Notes under the pieces: generated by a model
Told to the model about the DNA's origin: nothing
Databases searched by the model: none
What the model saw: the letters and a program-made list of their open reading frames with translations, nothing else
NCBI GenBank assembly: GCA_963766075.1
Contig: CAVYAN010000048.1
Span: 1 to 64,000 of the forward strand
Reading direction: 5' to 3'
Length of the DNA: 64,000 nucleotides
Source of the DNA: an uncultured cyanobacterium
GTDB lineage: Bacteria > Cyanobacteriota > Cyanobacteriia > Leptolyngbyales > Leptolyngbyaceae
Made by a program: the position numbers and the translations under genes
Shown: in pieces, positions 58,674-64,000 of the stretch
How the letters are laid out: the number at the start of each line of letters is the position of its first letter
Position numbering within the stretch: position 1 is the stretch's first letter

Positions 58674-59781
58674 CGCCCGTTTCGGAACTTTCTCTAGAGG
58701 GTGAGTGGGTGCGATCGCGGCTCGGAATACGAAACCTGGGCTCTGGCAATTTTTGAACGGCGGCCAGCTTGACTTCATCCGCCCGCTTGTCGTATCGCAT
58801 GGTGGTGGCTGGGTTGGAGTGCCTCATCAGCCGCTGGATGGTTGGCGTATCTACACCGGCGCGATACAAATTTGTGGCAAAAGTTCGCCGCAGATCGTGA
58901 GGACTGAAGGGTGCGATCGCTACTTTGCCCGCCGCCGCGTTTGCTTCGGCAGCTCTCTGTTGCAGGATGGCGTAGACCGACTGGGGAGTTAGCCGCCGAA
59001 ATTCGATATGCCCACCTTTGCGGAAGGGGAGAAGGAAAGGCCCGGATGAATTGCCTCGCAGTTTAACCCAGGATTTAGCGCACTCCAGAGCCGAGCCTTG
59101 GACATAGGAGTTCCCTGATTTTCCTCCCTTTCCGTAACGAACGGCAATCTCTCCCGTTTCAAAATTAATGTCCTCTAAATCCACGCTCACCACTTCTTCC
59201 CGGCGAAGCCCAGCGTGGAGTAAAGCCAGCATGGCCAAATCGCGATCGCCCATGGCTGACAAATCGGCAGCGCAGGTTTGCCACAGTATGGTCATCTCGC
59301 GATCGCTGAGTGCTCGGCCAGAATCGGGCGAACTTCCTTTGATCGGCTTCAGGTCGATCGCCCGCTCATACTCATCGGCGGACATGAGCCGAAGTTTCCA
59401 ACACTCTTTCAAAACGCCGCGCAGATGGGCCAACATTTGATTCGCCGTCGAGGGGCTGTAACCCAAGGTGCGATCGCGCCGTTTCTCCTCAACTTTTTCA
59501 GACAGCAGCGCCCGCAGCACCGAGGTGTGTGCGTACCGCAGTTGCGCCCACGGGAACGTCGCAGGTGTGTAATTGTGTTGCCCCAACAGTTTGAGGATGG
59601 ATGTGAGTGAGTTGAGGGCAACCCGCTGGGAGGAATGTCCCAGGTTGGCGATGTAGGACAGGGCGGGCTGCGTACCCGCCGCCGAACCACCCTCTAGAGA
59701 AAGTTCACCGGGGGCGTCAAAGACGGGCTGGGCTTGGACGGTGATTGTAATGGCGTCGGCGTCGGCGGAAGATTTTGGCAT
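58645..59781 (-). CDS. Tyrosine recombinase (integrase/resolvase)
   Basis: AGLRREE, GKGGK, PHDLRRT, MRHSN...MRYD catalytic residues. Confidence 0.92.
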   Translation of the reverse strand: MPKSSADADAITITVQAQPVFDAPGELSLEGGSAAGTQPALSYIANLGHSSQRVALNSLTSILKLLGQHNYTPATFPWAQLRYAHTSVLRALLSEKVEEKRRDRTLGYSPSTANQMLAHLRGVLKECWKLRLMSADEYERAIDLKPIKGSSPDSGRALSDREMTILWQTCAADLSAMGDRDLAMLALLHAGLRREEVVSVDLEDINFETGEIAVRYGKGGKSGNSYVQGSALECAKSWVKLRGNSSGPFLLPFRKGGHIEFRRLTPQSVYAILQQRAAEANAAAGKVAIAPFSPHDLRRTFATNLYRAGVDTPTIQRLMRHSNPATTMRYDKRADEVKLAAVQKLPEPRFRIPSRDRTHSPSRESSETGVTAALESQP

Positions 59782-59812
59782 GGATTTTTCTGGAAATGGG
59801 CGGTACGCACTA

Positions 59813-59848
59813 AATAGCTTTTGAAAATCATCATTTTCATAAGCTATT
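59813..59848. promoter_or_regulatory. Candidate recombinase core site (14-8-14 inverted repeat)
   Basis: AATAGCTTTTGAAA-ATCATCAT-TTTCATAAGCTATT, one mismatch, 31 nt upstream of the recombinase ATG. Confidence 0.6.
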
Positions 59849-60016
59849 CGCGCATGTGTGAATTTGCAAGCGGGTGGGACCGTTTTGTTCTGCCAACAGT
59901 GCCCAAAAAGTTGCGCGTGCGATCGCCTGAGCTGATTTGAAAAGGACGTGCTATAAACTAATTGAGTTTCGAGGCTTCCGAACTCTCAGCACATGGGCGA
60001 AAGTTGTACCCCCACG

Positions 60017-60043
60017 CCGGGACTGGCTAGCTCCCGGTTTTTT
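60017..60043 (+). terminator. Intrinsic terminator
   Basis: CCGGGA-9nt-TCCCGG-TTTTTT. Confidence 0.65.
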
Positions 60044-60094
60044 CTTATTCAGCCGTTCGGTATATACTTGAAGTATTCATTATAAAGCCGACCA

Positions 60095-60424
60095 ATGAGT
60101 AATGCATACGGGTTAGCAATGCGCCTGATTCGGGTGCGCTTTAACCTATCTCAAGCTGAATTCGCTGAAAAAACAGGACTTCCGGGGAAAACAATTCCCG
60201 ACTTAGAGTGTGGGAACACGCCGCTCTCTCTTGAGCGATTAGATGCGATCGCAAAAATGTTGGGCATCGGCTCACCCAATCTTCTGGCATTCATCAAGGC
60301 GCTGGAAGAAACAGACTTTTTGATTCCTCCTCTGGTTTCAGAGTCCAAAAAAATGCCGTCTGTCAGCGCAAAGCGGATCCCGCGAATTGAAAAGATTAGG
60401 GATCGGAGCAGGAGGGCGAAGTGA
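60095..60424 (+). CDS. XRE-family HTH regulator
   Basis: LSQAEFAEKTGLPGKTIPDLECG. Confidence 0.85.
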   Translation: MSNAYGLAMRLIRVRFNLSQAEFAEKTGLPGKTIPDLECGNTPLSLERLDAIAKMLGIGSPNLLAFIKALEETDFLIPPLVSESKKMPSVSAKRIPRIEKIRDRSRRAK

Positions 60425-61398
60425 TGGGCGGTGGCCTTGAGAAACGGTTGAGAGCCTTAAGCCAAAAATTTCCGCCTCAAGTCTTGGAACTCACGGAGCG
60501 ACGGCAGCACAGAATCCCCAAGGGTTATCCATCGGGACGTTTCGTCTGCGATGCCATGGGCATGATTTTGCTCTCCAGCTTTGCCCCAGCGCATATTCAG
60601 GATGACGTGGATCGGGAAGCCGCAGGGATTATAGCTCTGTGGTGTTCGGGGCCAAATCCGGTTTATTGCATCCAGCGCGACATGCTGGAGGACTGCAAAA
60701 AAATTGCACTGCCGAGCACAGTGGGCCTGCTGGATGACTTCGACCAGAGCTTGAATCGGTTTGTGATTTGCTTCCCCGAGGGGTCAATGCCGACTCCAGA
60801 GGGCAACAGTCTGGAGTTCGTCGTTGTGTCTTTTTCGTGCCGTGACACGCTGGGGGATTCAACGACTGTCGGCGGGTTCATTCTGGAAGTTCACCCAGAA
60901 AGGTTTGACGATCTCGCGGTGTCTTGGTGCGGTGTGGATTCACTAGGTGTCATCTGGATCGGCCAAGTTTCAGCAAACAAAGGCGAGGCGGTGAAGCCAA
61001 AAAAAGGCAACTTGCGCGGCCTGACTCTTGACGACGGCGATCGTAAATTCATTGCCGATATTGACCGGATCATTCTGCTCTGTATGCTCTCGCTGAACTT
61101 TGAGCCGGAGCTGATTGAGGAGGCGACGGCGGGAGGCTTTAGCCAAGGGGTTGGGTTCGGTTCTCCAAAGGCTCGGGCGGCTCAGTCGGATGCTGATCGG
61201 CTGATTCCGGCTCGCTGGATTGGGCGGAAATATAAGCCTATGCCGACAGTGAAGACTCCTCACCAGGGGGGAACCCACCGAAGGCCCAAGGCTCACTATC
61301 GAGGCCCGCACGCTCGGCGCGTGGCGATTGGGAAGGGGCGCACGGGTCGGAAATGGATTCGGGTACCGGGGCGGATTATCAATAGGGGGATAGAGTAA
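60421..61398 (+). CDS. Conserved phage hypothetical protein
   Basis: C-terminal GTHRRPKAHYRGPHARR basic motif of a type common in phage proteins. Confidence 0.65.
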   Translation: MMGGGLEKRLRALSQKFPPQVLELTERRQHRIPKGYPSGRFVCDAMGMILLSSFAPAHIQDDVDREAAGIIALWCSGPNPVYCIQRDMLEDCKKIALPSTVGLLDDFDQSLNRFVICFPEGSMPTPEGNSLEFVVVSFSCRDTLGDSTTVGGFILEVHPERFDDLAVSWCGVDSLGVIWIGQVSANKGEAVKPKKGNLRGLTLDDGDRKFIADIDRIILLCMLSLNFEPELIEEATAGGFSQGVGFGSPKARAAQSDADRLIPARWIGRKYKPMPTVKTPHQGGTHRRPKAHYRGPHARRVAIGKGRTGRKWIRVPGRIINRGIE

Positions 61399-61799
61399 TG
61401 GGCCAACTGAGTTTGTTTGATTGCATAGCGGAAGCAGTACCAGAGGTGGCCGCGCCGAAGCCAGCGCTGAAGGTTGAGGTGACCGTGGTTCCAGTGCCGA
61501 AGCCAGAGCCAGAGGTGGCCGTGATGCGCACGCCGCAGCCGAAGTTCAACCGGAATTTAGTAAGCTATTTGGACACTAAGGCATCTGTTCTTTTGAAACT
61601 AATGCTCACCGTGCAAGGCTCGAATCGGGATTCAGAGTATAGGCGGCATGAGATCACGCGCATTTTCAGGCAGCGGCGGCAAGTGTTGGCCCAGATAGAG
61701 ATCGCCCGCTACGGACCTATCAACTTGATTCCTGTACAGAAATCAAACATCAGCCAAATTATTGATTTGTGTACATTAATCAAACTTTGGCCAGACTGA
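61398..61799 (+). CDS. Hypothetical protein
   Basis: MGQLSLFD start, TAATG coupling; 3' end overlaps palindromic repeats. Confidence 0.55.
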   Translation: MGQLSLFDCIAEAVPEVAAPKPALKVEVTVVPVPKPEPEVAVMRTPQPKFNRNLVSYLDTKASVLLKLMLTVQGSNRDSEYRRHEITRIFRQRRQVLAQIEIARYGPINLIPVQKSNISQIIDLCTLIKLWPD

Positions 61800-61859
61800 T
61801 TTCTGTACAAAAATCAAACGTGAGTGAAACGGGCCTTTTGATTTTTGTACAATAATCAA
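61725..61859. repeat. Cluster of four 22-bp palindromes (consensus TTGATTTNTGTACANAAATCAA)
   Basis: Copies at 61725, 61762, 61796 and 61838. Confidence 0.9.
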
Positions 61860-61885
61860 CCATGAACAAATGGAGCTGGGGATAG

Positions 61886-62446
61886 ATGGGAAGAACAATA
61901 TGCGCATCGTTCACCCCAGAGCTGAAGGCGGTGATTGAGGAAAGGGCGTTCCCTGGAGAGACATTGACTCAAACTGTGCGCAGGCTGAGTGCGATCGCAC
62001 TCCCCGCCCTTGCCGGGGATCCGCCTCAAGAAGTGGCGCAGGCTGTTTGGAAAATGGGCGGGCCTGGAGCGGAGGAATTGACACTACGCATTCCTGACAG
62101 TGTGGCGTCTGGAGTAGCCCACTTGTCTCAAAGCTTTTGCAAGGGGAAAGAGGGTCGGGCTTTTGTGCGCCTGGTGGTCTACGGATTGTGCCTCCCTGCT
62201 GAGACTCCCTTGAAAAATGTTCAGGAGTTTGAAAAGTTTTTGCGTGAAAATTTCACCAGCGCTGAGAGGCAGAGCCTACGGCACACTCTGGAAGAGTTGG
62301 ATCTCCATTGCAGCAGAGTCGCTTCAGAGGGTTGGCTACTGAAGCTTCAGGAGCGAAAGGTAATTAGGTTGTTCAGCACTCCGACCAACGAGTTCAGCAG
62401 TGTCTACGTGGGTGGAAAGCCTTTCTTCTCCTGGGTGTGGAAGTGA
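61886..62446 (+). CDS. Hypothetical protein, possibly tandem RHH
   Basis: RTICASFTPELKAVIEERA and ELTLRIPDSVASGV segments. Confidence 0.5.
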   Translation: MGRTICASFTPELKAVIEERAFPGETLTQTVRRLSAIALPALAGDPPQEVAQAVWKMGGPGAEELTLRIPDSVASGVAHLSQSFCKGKEGRAFVRLVVYGLCLPAETPLKNVQEFEKFLRENFTSAERQSLRHTLEELDLHCSRVASEGWLLKLQERKVIRLFSTPTNEFSSVYVGGKPFFSWVWK

Positions 62447-62487
62447 TCTCAAAACAGTGATCTCTGATCTCTGATCTCACTGATCTC
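62444..62487. repeat. TGATCTC x5 direct repeats
   Basis: Copies at 62444, 62458, 62465, 62472 and 62481. Confidence 0.85.
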
Positions 62488-62941
62488 ATTTTTGTTTGAT
62501 TTTTCTAGGGGTTTGAGATCGCCTAGAAATGAGTTCATTTGTACCACCTAGAGCGGGGTAGTACACAATTTAATTTCTTGATAAAGTATTAGTACTCACT
62601 GTAAAGAGTGTGTAAAGTTTTCAGTAATTAATACGAATTAGACAAGGGAATTAGTAATATAGGGATTCCCACGGCTAAGGCTAGGGGCGAACAAATCTGT
62701 ATATTTTTTGGTCATGGCTTAAAAATAACAGCATAGCTGAAACGGTTAGTAACCGTTGTGAGGATCGCTATACAGTCACGGCTGTTTAGCCGCTCACAGG
62801 CATCATGCGATCTGCTATTGGCGCATGTATCTATATAGAACCTAGGGATTAGGCGGCATTTAGATACAGCGGGAATCGATACCCGCGATCGCGATTCCGG
62901 ATCCTATATATGTATCCGGATATTCCAACCAAGTACACCAA

Positions 62942-63688
<747 letters not shown>

Positions 63689-63697
63689 TCCTCTGAT

Positions 63698-63727
63698 AGC
63701 GCTAGGGATAAGAGGATCCCTAGCGCT
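63698..63727 (+). terminator. Hairpin after the QA-repeat gene
   Basis: AGCGCTAGGGAT-6nt-ATCCCTAGCGCT followed by T-rich sequence. Confidence 0.6.
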
Positions 63728-63761
63728 TAATCTTTTATTAAAACTAACTAGAGTAACTATC

Positions 63762-64000
63762 ATGTCTTTATTTGCAGAACTCTTCCAATCAGTGGCTAAA
63801 CCAGAAATAGAAACGGAAATACAAGCAAACAAGCAATCAAACAAGCAATCAAATATAACAGCTAGGTTGCAAGCCGATCACGAAGCTCTATCCTACCAAA
63901 GGATGTTAAACGCTAGGGATCGCGCTATGCCTAGCTCTGCTAAGGGGAAACCGTGGCAAGTATCCCACGGTTTGATGTCTATCCGCCTAGTCCCATTTGG
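63762..64000 (+). CDS. Hypothetical protein, 3' end outside window
   Basis: MSLFAELFQSVAKPEIE... open to the window end. Confidence 0.5.
   Translation, partial: MSLFAELFQSVAKPEIETEIQANKQSNKQSNITARLQADHEALSYQRMLNARDRAMPSSAKGKPWQVSHGLMSIRLVPF

Noticed and set aside
58685..59706. 19-bp inverted repeats as IS/transposon ends
   Set aside because: Both lie inside the recombinase ORF, no target duplication was seen, and the core motif recurs elsewhere. Kept as a binding-site finding instead.
61725..61859. Four palindromic repeats as a mini CRISPR array
   Set aside because: Spacers are only 12-20 nt and uneven, the repeats are degenerate, isolated copies occur elsewhere, and no cas genes are present.
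50754..62941. tRNA, rRNA or known riboswitch in the intergenic regions
   Set aside because: No cloverleaf, T-loop or recognisable riboswitch consensus was found by eye. A tRNAscan/Infernal run would be needed to exclude them.

Overview
The whole window looks like part of a cyanobacterial temperate phage or phage-plasmid. The cyanobacterial HIP1 octamer GCGATCGC occurs dozens of times. Positions 1-38.8 kb are one long minus-strand virion operon: DUF1073-type portal, MuF, Mu gpG-like protein, DUF2213-type protease/scaffold, decoration protein, DUF2184-type major capsid, head-completion proteins, a 2584-aa tape measure, distal tail proteins and two glycosyltransferases. A putative tail-tube cluster is transcribed divergently at 38.9-41.0 kb. 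The right third carries an EAL protein, RHH-parA-parB, an FtsK/membrane-protein/transglycosylase module, terL and terS (separated from the portal), DHH phosphoesterase, HNH, HU, a tyrosine recombinase and regulators. The most striking feature is a family of five genes scattered through the head operon. They share a modular leader (a common ~60-aa N-domain in four of them, an R-x-D motif, a C-x5-C-x3-C-x6-C module and a hydrophobic helix) fused to different payloads: tandem LRAT/NC papain-like domains, a JAB/MPN domain, a Rho-N-like plus degenerate lipase fold, and Pro-rich/coiled-coil or Lys/Ala-rich regions. The same R-x-D motif recurs in the protease/scaffold, starts the capsid protein and brackets an InPase-like domain inserted in the portal. 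This suggests a protease-processed, capsid-packaged polymorphic effector system. Two dispersed DNA palindrome families (22-bp TTGATTTNTGTACANAAATCAA and TTTCTCTAGAGGGT) and a lox-like site also stand out. All family assignments come from reading motifs by eye, not from database searches.
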